A program made the position numbers and the translations under genes. Shown one piece after another: positions 1 to 13,300 of a stretch of DNA of 64,000 bases; within the stretch, counting starts at the first letter, position 1; the number at the start of each line of letters is the position of its first letter. Source of the DNA: Phaeosaccion multiseriatum (lineage: Eukaryota; Protista; Ochrophyta, other classes). The notes under the pieces were generated by a model that did not search any database, was not told where the DNA came from, and worked only from the letters and a program-made list of their open reading frames with translations. The stretch is taken from assembly GCA_965112735.1 (NCBI GenBank), contig OZ218953.1, positions 1,860,001-1,924,000 of the forward strand. The letters run 5' to 3'.

Positions 1-15
1 ACACGCGCTCGGTCC

Positions 16-390
16 TCAGCTTCGCTTGGGAGGCGCAGGTAGATCCTTCATTCCCTTAATGTTAGACCCCCTTCGCCCTCCACCTCCGCCCCCCCCGCCC
101 CCTCCACCCCCTCTCCGTCTTTGTGAGCTGTCGCCCCCTCCGTTTCTTCCTCCCTCTCGCCGCCCACCGACGTTAGAGGCAGCCATCACGACACTAAACA
201 CTATCAAACCGGTCGCACCAAACCAGAAGAAGGACGCTGCTCCAGCTACACCAGCATAAAGGGCAGGCACCTGGAAGCCCGCCAAACCGACCGTCTTGTT
301 CAAAAAGCCGAGGGCCCCTGGGCAGGGCCCCCCTCCTCCTCCACTAGAAGCGCTGTCCTCCACCACGACGCCATTGACGATCCTACTCAT
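16..390 (-). CDS. Small membrane protein (124 aa to TGA), FAM241/DUF4605-like or SelK/SelS-like; possible C-terminal selenocysteine
   Basis: ATG at 390 gives [10 protein letters not shown]..., a hydrophobic segment ([29 protein letters not shown]), a Gly/Arg-rich tail and ...[18 protein letters not shown]. The upstream part of ORF 16..753 is a translated (CT)n microsatellite. Confidence 0.7.
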   Translation of the reverse strand: MSRIVNGVVVEDSASSGGGGGPCPGALGFLNKTVGLAGFQVPALYAGVAGAASFFWFGATGLIVFSVVMAASNVGGRREGGRNGGGDSSQRRRGGGGGGGGGGGGRRGSNIKGMKDLPAPPKRS

Positions 391-431
391 GTCAGCTGCT
401 CTACTGCCTGCTCCAGCAGGACTAGACCCCC

Positions 432-543
<112 letters not shown>

Positions 544-755
544 GGAGAGGGCAGGGAGGGGGGGGGAGCAGAGGAGAGCAGGCAGGTAGGAAAGGGGATC
601 ACCCTTCTCCTGTTTCCTGCTGTTACTATTCCGCCCACCCTCACCAATTTCCCCGGGGGGTCTCCTCGTCAACATTTTCTTCGACAACTTCTTCCATCTC
701 GTGTGCAATCTTTGCTTCTCTCCATCCATACGCCAGCCAGACAGATACAACAACC

Positions 756-2185
756 ATGGCCTGCTGCCTCATCTGCTTCAAGGGAGATCCCGTGCCGGAC
801 AGCAAGTATGGGGAGTACTACGGGAACCCCAACGAGTTCCAGACCGGCATGATGAAGGCGCCTCTCAAGAACCCGCTCTGGTTCCTGGGCGGCTGCCTCT
901 GTTCGTGCTGCTCCCAGTGCTACCTGCGTAAGCGTCTGCTCGAGCAGGACATGACGAAGTACATTTGTTGCCAGGGTTACTTCCGGTGCCCGTGTGGCAA
1001 CTGCTGCACGCCCGGCGAGATGAAAGAGCAAGACTGCCCGACGTGTTGCCTATGTATTGAGAGCTTCTGCTGCTTGAGCTGTGCGGTGGCAGCCAACAGG
1101 ATGTACACGTGAGTTCTCACTGGGGAAATGTGTGGTACGCGACAGGTTGGAAATCGTCGAATGGAGCAAAGAGCTGGAGTAGTATCTTTGGGGGGGAATG
1201 GAAGAGGACTTGTGGGGCTTCCATTCTATCACCCTCTCACTCTGCCCCCCCCCCCCTTCCCCTCTCTCCTTCTCTCTCTCCTTTCTCCCTCTCTCTCTCT
1301 CTCCTTCCCTCTCTCTTCCCCTCTCCTTTCTCCCTCTCTCTCTCTCTAGCATGGACAAGTACCGCCTCGTGCCGGACAAGTGGGACAACCGAATCATCCG
1401 CTTCAACAACTTCTTGCAGGTGCGAACGCGTTGGGGTAAATTAAGCGCCACCTACATTGGTATTAAGTCGAGCCCTATGTTGTGGTATAGGGGTGTGGTC
1501 CCAGTGGTGCTGAAGACCCAAACCCTGTTCCCTTTCCCCTCCCACACTGGTTCTTCATCTCACGTACTTACTTCTCACCTTTCCCTATTGCACGCACTCA
1601 CGCACTCACCCTTCTTCCACCTCCTCTCTTGTTGTTTCTTGTGTGTCTCCTATCCTGCCCAGCTTCTGTCTTGCATCTGCAATATTCTGGCCGCCTTCGA
1701 GCCCAGTTTCAGGGAGGCCGCGCGGATCATTGATATCATCGCTGAGATCGTCTTCTACACGACGGTAAGTGAGGAAGGGAGGGGTGGGGGGGTGGGTATG
1801 TGCTGTGCTGACTATAGAGTAGGACAGTAGGATAGATAGAACCTCTTCCTCCCTCCTTGGCGCTGCTGCTGTGTGTACCCGGGAGGACGGACAAGGGTGG
1901 AACGAAGGAAGGCAATTCGCACACACTTGTACACTTGTCGGGTGTGTGGGGCCTCGATCGTCTTTCCCATGCTTCTTCTGCCCCTGCCGCCTCTTGTGCT
2001 GTATCTGTAGCTCACCAAGATCCCGTCCTCTCCTTCCTCCCCCTTCTCCATCCTTACTCCTTTGGCCATGTGTGTGTGTGTGTGTGTGCACCTGTCAGGT
2101 TGGGTGCATGACCGCCCAAGTCGTGACAGAACTCGACTACCAGGAAGCCATTGCGCCCAAGGCGGCCGAGATGGTCCGCACCTAA
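756..2185 (+). CDS. PLAC8-family cysteine-rich protein, 4 exons (756-1108, 1350-1419, 1663-1764, 2099-2185)
   Basis: Cys-rich PLAC8-type motifs (CSCCSQCYLRKRLL, YICCQGY, CCLCIESFCCLSCAV, DNRIIRFNNFLQ, GCMTAQ...ELD). All three GT-AG junctions keep the frame. Confidence 0.85.
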
Positions 2186-3653
2186 GCAAGGTCGGAGAGC
2201 GGCGCGCGCACACACACACACGCCCACGCGCACGCATACGCGCACACTATAGAGCCATCGATGGGGCGGTGCAATCTTTTTTTTGTCGCCAGCAGTCTGG
2301 TCTGGTCCGTCACAGGGAACTCAAGACACGCGGGGGGGGGGGGGGGGTGGGGATGGCAGCTCAATTGAAGGGACCTTGGAAGCATTGGCATGGGCGAGAG
2401 GAGGAGGGGGGGGGCATTCTTGTGTCTTTCACGAAAGGCATCAAGGAGACGAGGCGTCGCAGCGGCTCGGGCGGAGCGGGTTGGGATCGGGGGGAGGGCG
2501 ATCAATATATAACAGCCGTCGGCGTGTGTGTGTGAGTATGTGTGGAGATGCGGAGGGAGCTGAAGGGAGCTGGAGGAAGCTGAAGGGGATTTTCGTTAGA
2601 GAGGCTCGGGGAGGCTCGAGAGAGGGGGTAAGAAGAGGCCGTGGGCAGACATGCTTGGGTAGGCGGGGCGGGGCGGTGGCATGCGCTGCAAGCCCTTGAC
2701 TTCCTGGCGGGAGGGAGCCTGGAGCCTCGGAGATAGCGAGTGCGTGCGCTGAGAGCAGCAACGTGCGGTATATTCCGCCGGCCGTTTCCGAAACTGTCCA
2801 CGGGAGAGAGAGCGCGACACGGAGTGTAGTAACAGAGAGGAGCGAGAAAGAAGCGGGGACGGATGGATCCTCTGTCCGGGGGGAGGGGAGGGGAGGGATT
2901 ACCTTGTAAGGTGTTTTTGTTGTTCGTGGAAGGGGATCGATACACAGGTGGGTGGGAGGGCAGAAAAGGGAAAGGATGCCAGAGAGAGTTGACGCTCGAA
3001 GTATTGTCATATACCGTATAGTATAGTATACGTACATGTAAGGCAAGTTTTGCTGAATTGCGGAAGAGCCCTCCACTCCGTTCGAGCCTTGAGGGGGGGA
3101 GGGGGGGGGTTTGTAAGTCTAAAGTCCTGGGTAGCAAAGGAGCTTACGTACCACCTTTGCAAAGGAGAGACAAAAGAAAAGTGGGACCCACAACCACACT
3201 CTCACATACAAGAGGCGGCGTTTGGCCCCCATATGTGTTTACATTTCAAATCCTCTCTCTCATTGCAGTACCCTCTTTCCTCCATTCCTGTGTAATCTAT
3301 GCTTTTGCTCTTGCTGTATCAGAGCATTTCTGTGCTCGCTTGGGCCACGGGCGGACAAGAGAAGACAGCAGGAGAAAGGCTTTCTTTCTCGTCTCTGTCT
3401 GTCTCTCTCTCTCTGTGTGTGTGTTGTGTGTGTGTGTGTGTGTGCCTGCGTGCACATGCACCCATTCATGAAACTTGGAGCTTACAGGCAAGTGCCCTCC
3501 TCTGCTGCAATTCCTCCTCTCGTCATCAACGCAAGTGGTTAAGGCCCACGAGCCCTCGAGATGGAGACATCCCTCCCTTGTCAGCAGGTCAGGGGCAAAG
3601 CAAAGCCTGGCGCTTGCCCTGTTCTCTCTCTCCTCCCCCCCCCATTCGTTGCT

Positions 3654-4425
3654 TTATGCCCTCTTCCTGGTCTTTTGTCGCATCTTCTCCTGCTTCTTCC
3701 TGCTGAGCTTCTTTTCTGGTCCAATTGGTTTGAGTTTCAGCATTCTCTGGGCCCTTATCACAAAAACCACCATAGCAAGAAGAAGGAGAAGAAGAAAGAT
3801 GACGACCCCGTACAGAGCTTCTTGCCTTCCCTCCACAGAGGGCGCTGCCTGTCCATTGCCATCGCCCTCCGTCCCGCCTGCAGCCTTCTGTCCCTGGGCG
3901 TCCGCAGCAGATGCGGTCTGTTGAGCTATGTCACCTGCGCGTGCGTGCGTGCGGGAGGGCCCAACATTTGGCTGGGGTTAGCAAAAACTGGCCACACATG
4001 TTGAGCGTGCAAATCACATCTCCTTCTCGCTGGAGTTTCCCTCCATACCAGTAACAAGTCACCTGCGAGCCTTTGGCTGAGTCCAGCCATTTCTTCTGCG
4101 CAGGAAGCCGACAGTCCCATGGAATCGAACGATGTTCCGCCCTTTACTGCCTTGACCTCTTCTCGGCACTCTGGGGAGAGGCTCTCCATTTCTTTTGACA
4201 CCTTCGCACTCCTGTTTGGCACGTTCACAAGGGTTTATGGGTGAGGGGGAGGAGGAGGAAGAGAGGGTGGGAGGATGGGAAGGGAGGAAGATGGGGAGGG
4301 GGAGCAGGAAGAGAGGAAGAAGGAAGGAAGAAAGGAAAGAGATTTTTCTCATTCATCCTCCAAGGAGAATACAAATTAACTTACAAGTTGGGTTTCCCAT
4401 CTTCGCCTTCCGTCTGAGCCGCCAT
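3654..4425 (-). CDS. Hypothetical single-pass membrane protein (~156 aa) with basic C-terminal tail, 3 exons (4425-4385, 4211-4063, 3934-3654)
   Basis: Splicing gives 471 nt in frame: MAAQTEGEDGKPNL-SAKVSKEMESLSPECREEV...-GDIAQQ...LYGVVIFLLLLLLAMVVFVIRAQRMLKLKPIGPEKKLSRKKQEKMRQKTRKRA*. Donors are GTAAGT and GTGACT, both acceptors CAG. The start may extend upstream. Confidence 0.7.
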
Positions 4426-4607
4426 TGAAGCAACGATTAATAGCGAGGAAGATAATATATTACACCCTTAAGCGAGGAAGAGACGGTGGAGAGAAAAAAG
4501 AGAACATTTTTGGCACCTAGACAGTTGGTTCTCCGCGAGGTTTTTTGCCTGTGTTTCATTCTTCTTGTTGCTTTTTCTCTTCAGCCACCCCATGCTTGGG
4601 AGAAGAC

Positions 4608-6763
4608 ATGGGTTTTCTTGCAGCGTCTTCGGTGGAGTGGTATCTTCCCTTCTCCTACACAGTCATTGTTGCAGTCGCATCCAGTGTGACCTTGCTCAAG
4701 AGAAGGAACCGGCACCAACTGTTTGACAAAGGCCAACAGCCCGCCAAATCCGCCGTGAGCGAGGAGGGCTCCCTTAATGTCCCTCTCTTATCTGAGGAGC
4801 ATCGCGGGAGAGGAGAAGGGAGGGAGGATGCTGATACCGTATCGCGGGGGCCCTATGCCGGAGACGGCGGCGGAGGCGTCGTGCACCGCCCTCGGTACAG
4901 CGTCACCGACCCCTCGGTGCTCTGGCTGCTGCTCGTGTGCTGCCTCTTGCAGACCGGCTACCACACCATCAACACCATCGTGCTGATGGTTCGGGCGCAC
5001 CATTTGACACTCCATAGCGTGTTTGAGGAGGGCCGAATCGTGACCAATCTCTTCCTTGCGATGACGTGGGGCTTACTCGGTGTTGTTGTCAATCTCGACT
5101 TCTGGTCCAAGGCGCACCCCTTGTCCCCCGTCAAGAGCACCGGAGGGTGGACAAAGGAAGGAGAGAGGGTCGGGCGTATCATGAAGAGGAAGATGTGGTG
5201 GCTCCTTTGGCCAAGCTTTAATCTCATCCTCATCACTTCCTTGAGCACATTCCTACGGGACACGCCGAGCTTGTGGAGCAGGAGCTTTACGCTGTGGATG
5301 CACGACGATAAGTTTTGGAGTCTTCTCGTCACGATTCTTGCGTGGATAGGTGCTGGTAAGTGGGTGGACGTGAGGGCAGTTGTGTGTTTGTATGGCCTCC
5401 CCCCTTCTCTGAAAAGCTCTCGTTTCCCCCCCCCCTATTCTTCAATTCAGTGCCTTCCTCGGTTCCGGGTACTTTAGTATTCGTGGCGACCTTGAGTCTC
5501 GTCTCTCCTGACGCCTCTGATACTTAATAGCGGGGCTGGGTACGGCGGACTGCTTTTTGTTAACCTCTGCTCTCCTCCCCCGTCCCCACACATCATGCCC
5601 ATTTCGATACTACTGCTCTCCACAGGTTTCGCTGCCGCTGTGGGATCCTCCGTCATCCCTTGCCATGAGTATCCCAACGAGGAGTTCACGTGTGGCCTCG
5701 TCAATGCGACCCTGTTCGGTTGGTTCTCCAAGTATATCGACTTGGCCCAGACCAAGCAACTCGACCTCGACGATGGTACGTGAGAGGGAGGAAAGGAGAG
5801 ATGGGGGAGACAGGGGCAGAGGGAGGGGGGTGGTACTACGCCCATGTCTGCCCTGTGCGAACCCTTTCCCCCCCCTCCGCTCTCTGTCTCCACTCTCTCG
5901 CTGCTCCCGTCGATAACCCCCCCCCCCCCTCCCCCTCCACCCCCTCCTCCTCCTCCTCCGCCCCCCCCCCCCCCCTATCGGTCGTGGAGCGCAGTCCCTG
6001 TCCTCGTGGACTCCGACACCGCAGCCTACACATGGAAGAAATTCAAATCCATGTCCGGCAAGAGCGGCCTTGCTCGACTCTGCTCCATCTTGTGCTGCTG
6101 CTGCCGCCTCCGCCGGAAGGGAAGACAAGGCGGCGCCACCAACGATGCCAATAAGGGCAGTATCAATACACACCACGAGGAGGAGGGCAAGGAGGAGGAG
6201 GAGGAGGAGGAGCCAAAGGAGTCCTCCAAACAGCCCAAGAAGAAAGTGCCCCTCTTGTGGAAGCTTTACCGCCTCGTCCGCCCCATGTTCTACGTGCAGG
6301 CCTTGTGCCAGATCCTGGCCATCGTGTTGGAGTTTGTGCCTTCCTTGGCCCTGCAGAACATTGTCAACTTTTTGCAGAACTACCGCCCGTCCTCAGCAGG
6401 AGGAGGCGGAGGAGGAGGAGGAGGAGGAATCAGTTCAGCCACGGTGTTTTGGGTGGTCTTGCTCTTTGTGGGCCCGGTGGCTCAGGTGAGGAGGGAGGGG
6501 AGGGGACTGTCGCTGCAGCGACCGGGGGCTGTTGTGTCTTTCCCTTTGCTCACAGACTCGGTGTTCGTCCTTCCTGCCTGTCTGTCTGCCTGTTGTCGCT
6601 CGGCCCCTCCTGGGGAATGGAATGACTGCACGACTGCGCTTTTCTCTCTCTGGGCATTCTCTCTCTCTGCCTTTCTCTCCCGCTCTCTCGCCCTCCCCCC
6701 TCTCTCATACACACATGTACACACGCGCTCTCTCGCTCTCTCTCCCTCCCCCGCCCACCCTCC

Positions 6764-6795
<32 letters not shown>

Positions 6796-8689
6796 ACAAA
6801 TGTAGGGCATCTGCGACGGTCGTCAGTTCCATCTCGGCCGACGCATCGGCTGCCGTGTGAGGGCCGCTTTGGTCGGCTCTGTGTTCCGCAAGATGCTCAG
6901 GATGGACATGGCAAGGGCGGACTTCAACGCGGGGGAGCTGACGAACCTCATGAGTGTTGATGCGCAGGTGAGCAAGTGAGGAGGGGTGGGTGGGGGTGAG
7001 GGGGGTGGGTGGGGGGGGGGGGTTAGTGGGGAGGGGCAGGAGTGGGGGGGTGAGGGGTGAGGGGCAGGGGGTAGGGGGGGAGGGGGGAGTGGCCGGTGCG
7101 GGGATGAGGGGGGGGGGGGGGGCTGTAGGGGAGGGGGGGCGGGTGCCAGTGAGTGTTGAGGTGGCTCCTCACCTCTGGCAGCCCTCCATCGGTAGGACTG
7201 AATAGAAAGGAGAAGTCCTCGTGTATGTGACTGTCTGTCTGTCTCACTCACTCACTCACTCACTCACTCGTCCACTCACTGCTGCTGCCTCTCTTTCCCT
7301 CCCCATATGCCTCTCAGATGGTGCTTGACTACTCCAGCTACGTCCACTTCATCTGGACCACGCTTCTCCAGGTGTGTGGGTATACATACCGTGCGTGGCT
7401 ACCGCAGGCACAAATCATTGCACTGTTGCATCACTGCACCATCTCGACGGCTGTGGCCGTCTCTCTTTAACTGTTGCTACGAACTCACTTGCGCCCACCT
7501 CTTGCGTACTGCATACAAGTACTCACTATTCCTCCTCCTCCTCCTCCTCCTCCTCCTCCTCCTCCTCCTCCTCCTCCTCCTCCTCCTCCTCCTCCTCGTC
7601 CTCGTCCGCCTCCATCTCCTCCAAGGTGTTTGCCACCGTAGGCCTTCTCTTCTACGTGCTGGGCCCCTCCGCCGCAGGGGGCGTGCTGTTTATGCTGCTG
7701 TCCGTACCCCTTGGCAAGTGGACAACCTCAAAGACTCATACGTTTCAGAAGGCCTTGATGAAGCACAAGGATGCTCGCATGAGCATCGTGTCTGAAGTCA
7801 TGCAGGGCATTCGCATCATCAAGCTGTTCGCTTGGGAGGTGAGGAGGGGAGGGAGGGAAGGAGGGGGGGAGGGGAGGGGAAGGGAGGGAGAGAGAGGGGA
7901 GGGGAGGGAGAGAGAGGGGAAGGGAGAGAGAGGGGAAGGGAGAGAGAGAGGGGAGGGGAGGGAGGAAGAAAAGCTCTTATGTACCTTTTGCTCACGATTG
8001 CTCAAGGCCAAAACATGTCCCTCCCTCCCCCTCCCCCATGTGCTTCTACTCTCTCTTCTCACGCCATACGACTCTACGTGGTCGTTGTCGTGTCGGTCGG
8101 TTGTCATCTGTGAACCACGAATCACCACCACCGGGATTGCCACACACAGGACTCCTTCCGAGAGCGCATCCGCAAGGCCCGCCTCACTGAAATGAAGAGT
8201 CTGCGGCAGTTCATGATCATGCTGGTAAGGGAAAGGAAACAGGAATCACCTAAGAACTACGTATGTTTGTATGTGTGTGTGCGTGTTTTTGAGTTTGATT
8301 TTGCACTCTCAGGTCTTGGAGAGGATATCATAGGTAGCGCCGAAGGTCCATGTCCCTGCCTTTCTCCACGCACTCAATCACCTACAAACAACCACCCACC
8401 AACACCCACCCAAATCACTCACACCCACACCCACCAACACCCACCCAATCACTCACACCCACACCCACCCACCTACCCATGCACCTGCACTACAACCCGG
8501 CCACACCCACTTGACCAGGCGGGCGTGCAAGTGCAGTGGAACAGTACCACAACCCTGGTGGGGCTGTGCACCTTCATCTTCCACACGCGTGTGTTGGGAA
8601 AGACGCTGACGGCCAGTCAGGGCTTCACCGCGCTCTCTCTATTTGGCATTCTCAACTTCCCGCTGGTACGAAATATAAAGAAACGAGAG

Positions 8690-8739
<50 letters not shown>

Positions 8740-9236
8740 AGAAGGGGTAGAGAAGGGACCCAGAGGGAGGGCGGGAGGGGGCGGGGGGGGCTAAGGGGGT
8801 TGCCATGATTGGGCATGATTGGGGGGGGGGGAGGAATGGCATAACACAGCTCAAAGTTCTCTGGTTCTCTCCTGCTTTCCTGACGAGCTCTCCTGCACCC
8901 GAGTGCATGAATGAATGGGACGAATTGTGTGGTCTCTGTTGTCTCTGCTCATCTCATGCTGTCGATGTCTGTCAATGGTCCCCCTTTCCCTTCTGCGACG
9001 GCCTCTTGGGCCTTGTGATGTGTTGATCTGTCACTCTGTTCCATACACGTTGATGATGTGTCCATCTGTTGATCTATTCATGTGTTGATGTTGAGCAGGT
9101 GGTACTTCCCGACGTCGTCAACTTCTACCTTGCGGTACGTAATTCTGCACACACGTACCGTTCGGAGGGAGAGATTTGCGAGGAGGGGGCAGAGTGAAAT
9201 AGAATGGAGCGCAGCACTTATCATGCACAGACAAGC

Positions 9237-9278
<42 letters not shown>

Positions 9279-9390
9279 GACCTAAGAACGAGCGAAGGAA
9301 GGCGAGCAAGCGTCACAATTGTGTGTCTGACGGCCTTCCGTCCGCCCCACGTCCGCTCCCCAACTCCCCCCCCCCCCTCTCTCTCTCTCT

Positions 9391-9426
<36 letters not shown>

Positions 9427-9463
9427 CTCTCTCTCTCTCTCTCTTTCCTCTCTCGCTCTTTCC

Positions 9464-9495
<32 letters not shown>

Positions 9496-11136
9496 TTTCT
9501 CTCTTTCTCTCTTTCCTCTCTCTCTCTCTTTCCCCTCTCTCTCTCTCCCTCTTTCTCTCATTCTCTCTTCCGTCCTCCCTCCGTCCCTCCCCCCTTAGGC
9601 CCGAGTGAGTCTGACGCGTATTGAAGAGTTCTTAGCACGGGGGGAGCTCGAGGGGCTCGCAGCCAACGGAGACGAGGACTTCGCACAGCAAGAGGAGGCA
9701 TATGGAAATGGGAGTGGCAATGGCAAAGCCTATTTTGGGGGCGAAGGAGGTCTTGCTGGTGGTGCCGGTTTGCTGCCGGGGAGCATTCGCGTTGTGGACG
9801 GCTGCTTCCAGTGGCACAAGGCAGCCAAGAAGGAGGAAGAAGGGGGGCAGGAGGGCAACAAGAAGGAGGAGGAGGAGCTCGCGGAGCTGGAGAAGCGCGA
9901 GGATGATGATGATGATGATGATGGCAGTGATGATGCCGATACCAAACCCCTGATTGTGAGCAGCAGCAACAGCAACAGCAGCACCGGTACCTCCATCGCA
10001 AGTGGAGCCAACTCCGAAGCGAGTGGGAGTGAGTGGGGCGATAATGGCCCCACCCTCTCCGCCATTAACTTTGAGGTCCGCCCCGGCCAGCTCGTTTGTG
10101 TGTACGGCCCCACGGGCTGCGGCAAGAGCAGCCTGCTCATGGCCTTGCTGGGGGAGATTCCTCGCCTCTCTGGACAGGTGAGCGCACTGGACCCGTCCTT
10201 GCTTACGTCACCCTTATATGTGACGTTTCTCACTTACTTACCGGACCCTTATGTGACCCTTATGTGACCCTTACGTATATCACCCACCAGGTGGCCATGG
10301 CAGGCACTGTGGCCTATTGTGGACAGAAGGCGTGGATGCTCAATGCGACCGTGAAGGACAACATCCTCTTCGGCACCCCCATGGACGAGCAGCGCTACCT
10401 CTCATGCATTTCTGCCTGTGCCCTACAGAGCGACTTGGACCTGCTGGAGGGAGGGGACATGTGTGAGATTGGAGAAAAGGGCATCAATCTGTCGGGTGGT
10501 CAGCAGCAGAGAATCAGCCTCGCCCGCGCACTGTACGCAGACGCAGACGTGTACCTGCTGGACGATGTGCTGTCTGCTGTGGATGCGCATGTGGGTGAGG
10601 AAATCTTCCGCCGCTGCATCCGGCAGGAGCTTGTGGGAAGGGGCAAGACCGTGGTGCTGGTCTCGCATCAGATCCCCATGACCGCTCGAGTGGCGGATAT
10701 GGTTGTGGTCATGCACACGGACGGGACGTTCTCGGAGGTGGACCACCCGAAGGACCTGCTCTCGGACTCCGGCTCGAGGCTGTACGAGCTTGTCGACAAG
10801 ACGGGAGGAAGGGAGAGAATCATGCGCCAAAAGAGTGACGAACACTTGCTTGGAGAGGGAGAGGGAGAGGGAAAAGACGACCAAAAGTTGGGTAGCCCTG
10901 ACGTCACCACCAAGAAGCAGCCCCCCAAGGAGGCCCAGCAGTTGGTCAAGGCGGAGGAGCGTGCCCGCGGGTCGGCGGGTCTCCGAGTCTACATTTCGTA
11001 CTGCAAGGCGTGCGGCGGTCTCGGGGCCTTTCTGGTGCCGTTTTTGCTGCTCCTCGCCTCCTACAATGGGCTACAGTTTGCGCAGAATCTACTGCTCACC
11101 AAATGGGGTGCGTGTTCGTGTATGCTGTGTGTGTGC

Positions 11137-11186
<50 letters not shown>

Positions 11187-13264
11187 ACCCACTCTTGCCC
11201 ACCCATTACACCCCTTCCCTTCCCTTCCCCACGCAGTGGACAAGCTGGAGAGCGGCGAGGACGACACGTTCTGGATGTGGCTTTACATCGCCATATCCCT
11301 CGGCCTCCTCGCCGCCATCTTCACTCGCTGTGTGTTCCAGAGCTTCGCAAGTCTTAGGGCGAGCGTCTCCATTCACGACAGGATGACCGATAGGTGGGTA
11401 GCTGGGTAGGCGGGTGCGTGGGTGCATCGGTGGACTTGGTATGTGTTGTGATGTGTGTATGTGTATGTGTCTCTCACTCCTCTCTTGCTCTCGCTCGCCC
11501 TCTCACGCTCCAGTCCTCTCTCTCTCTCACTCGCTTACTCCCACTCTTCTTCTCTCTCTCTCTCTGTCCAAACTCAAAAAGAGTCCTTCGCGCTCCACTG
11601 AGCTGGTTCGAGACCACACCGCTTGGCCGCATCTTCAACCGATTCAGCTCCGACATCTACGAGGTAAGCACTTGCGTATCACTTACGTATCTATGAGGCA
11701 AGAGAAGATGGCAGCCCCCCCCCCCCCCCCCACCCCAGCCTTACCACCTCTCCTCTACCCCCCTCATCAGATCGACAAGGACTTAATGGAGGCCTTCTCC
11801 AGTGTTCTCTCTGCAGTCTTCACGGCCGTTTCTGTGGTTGTGGTGGTTAGCTACACCATCCCCTGGCTCATCATCTTCCTCATCCCAATCTCGGCTCTCG
11901 GGTACTGGATTGGCGTGCGATACTTGAACTGCAGTAGAGAGCTAAAGCGGCTGGACAGTGTCTCCAAGAGTCCGATGTATGCCCACTTCACGGAGAGTGT
12001 CATGGGCGTGCAGACCATTCGGGCTTATCGGGCACAAGATCGGTTCATTCAGGAGAGCTGCAAGCGGGTGGATGCGTGCAGTAGGGCCCATTTGTATCTG
12101 TGGGTGTCGAACCGCTGGTGAGTGAGTGACTTGTGGTGTAGTGGATGGGTGGGGGAGGGGAGGAGAAGGGAGGGGAGGGGAGGAGAGGGAGGGGAGGGGA
12201 GGGAGGGAGGGGAGGGAGGGAGGGAGGGAGGGAGGGAGGGATACCGAATCTCACCCCCTCACTCCTCCCTCCCCTCCCTGCACACATACCTGCGCCCGCT
12301 TTCCATGATGCACCTTTTAGACGTGTGAACGACTCGCTCGTTCCCCTCCTTGGGCCTCTTCTCCCCCCCCCCCCCACACTCTTCGTCTCCTTCACTGTAA
12401 TGCCTGCCCTCACCTCGCTGCCTCCCGCTCTCCCACCGCCCACACCATCCCCCAGCCCCTGCGACAAACTCTCTTCCCCTGAACTCATTCGCTTCTCTGC
12501 ACTGCGCTGCTGCACCCCACGCACGCACGCACTCACTCACTCACTCACTCACTCACTCACTCACGCACTCACAGGTTCAACCTTCGCATCCAGATCGTTG
12601 GGGCTTTTGTGGGCGTCCTTGCCGGTAAGTCAACTCTCCAACTCTTGTCTTCTCTTCTCCTCTCCCTTCCTCTCCTCTCCCCTCCTCCCGAAGCCACTTC
12701 CTTTAACCTCGCTTGAAAACGTCTCCCCCATCCCCCCACCCGCATGATCGATCCGCATGATGCCCATCTGTTGCCATCCACTGCCATCCCCTGCCATCCC
12801 CTGCCATCCCCCCCCCCCCCCATCCCCCTCATTGACTTACTCACAGGCGCCTTCCTGGTGTGGTGGGGCAAGGACAATGTCGAGCCCGCTGTGGCCGGTC
12901 TGTCTCTGCTCTACGCTCTGCAGTTCACAAACTCGCTCAAGGTGAGCTTCACTTTTTCCTTCCTTCGTTTTCCTCTTTCCTTCCTTCCTTCCTTCCTTCC
13001 TTCCTTCCCTCATTCCTCCCCTCCCTCCTCACCTCCCCTCCCCCTCCCTCCCTCCCTCCCTCCCTCCCTCCCTCCCTCCCTCCCCTCCTCTCCTGCAGTT
13101 CGTGGTGCGGCAGCAGGCCCAACTGGAGATGCAAATGAACAGCGTCGAGCGCACCGACGAGTACCTCAACGTACCGCAGGAGAAACCCTTCGCCAGCTCC
13201 AACCCCCCTCCCCCCACCTGGCCGTCGCAGGGCAAGATTGAGGTCAAGGGCCTCTCGCTGCAGG

Positions 13265-13300
<36 letters not shown>

